Shown one piece after another: positions 63,994 to 64,000 of a DNA stretch of 64,000 bases. Position numbers and translations under genes: made by a program. Where the stretch lies: IMG/VR virus record IMGVR_UViG_3300035698_013740, positions 8,382 to 72,381 of that record. One strand, written 5' to 3'. The notes beneath the pieces were generated by a model, which was given only the letters and a program-made list of their open reading frames with translations, was not told where the DNA came from and did not search any database. How positions within the stretch are numbered: position 1 is the first letter of the stretch; every line of letters begins with the position of its first letter. Origin of the DNA: a virus.

Positions 63994-64000
63994 CAAGCAA

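Noticed and set aside
1-64000. Minus-strand and nested ORFs in the track (e.g. 8239-8604, 6432-6785, 44754-45266, 53223-53645)
   Set aside because: They are shadows of + strand genes, low-complexity DNA or tRNAs and carry no recognisable motifs.
1-64000. Genome-wide stop-codon reassignment
   Set aside because: Long genes are intact in the standard code, TAG and TGA end many genes at sensible places, and no suppressor tRNA was found; only one suspicious TAG (32043).

Overview
A 64-kb, AT-rich segment of a large T4-like tailed phage. Essentially all credible genes are on the + strand and use the standard code. A Bacteroidota host is an inference from weak Shine-Dalgarno use and A-rich translation starts. 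Order: (1) end of a baseplate/tail module (1-4.8 kb); (2) replication/recombination module (PolA-like, SSB, RecA/UvsX, 5'-3' exonuclease, DnaB, class II RNR, PolB, clamp and clamp loader, PD-(D/E)XK nuclease; 4.8-21 kb); (3) an ~18-kb glycosylation island with about 8 glycosyltransferase-like genes, epimerase, FkbM and a RibB-kinase-HAD phosphatase-transaldolase block (21-39.5 kb); (4) lysis/metabolic genes (M15 endolysin, glutamine synthetase II, ThyX, PhoH, Pth2) and small hypothetical genes; (5) a tRNA region with 27 tRNAs read by eye plus several tRNA-like/structured RNAs, interleaved with RNA-repair-type genes, DNA ligase, SPFH and dCMP deaminase, and running off the right edge. The most striking unannotated feature is a candidate ribosome-dependent attenuator at 50860-51042, directly upstream of the main tRNA array. 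It has a 36-codon leader sampling the codons read by the array, plus mutually exclusive 1:2, 2:3 and 3:4 helices, suggesting on-demand tRNA expression when host tRNAs are depleted. All calls come from motif reading and manual folding; no database or folding program was run.
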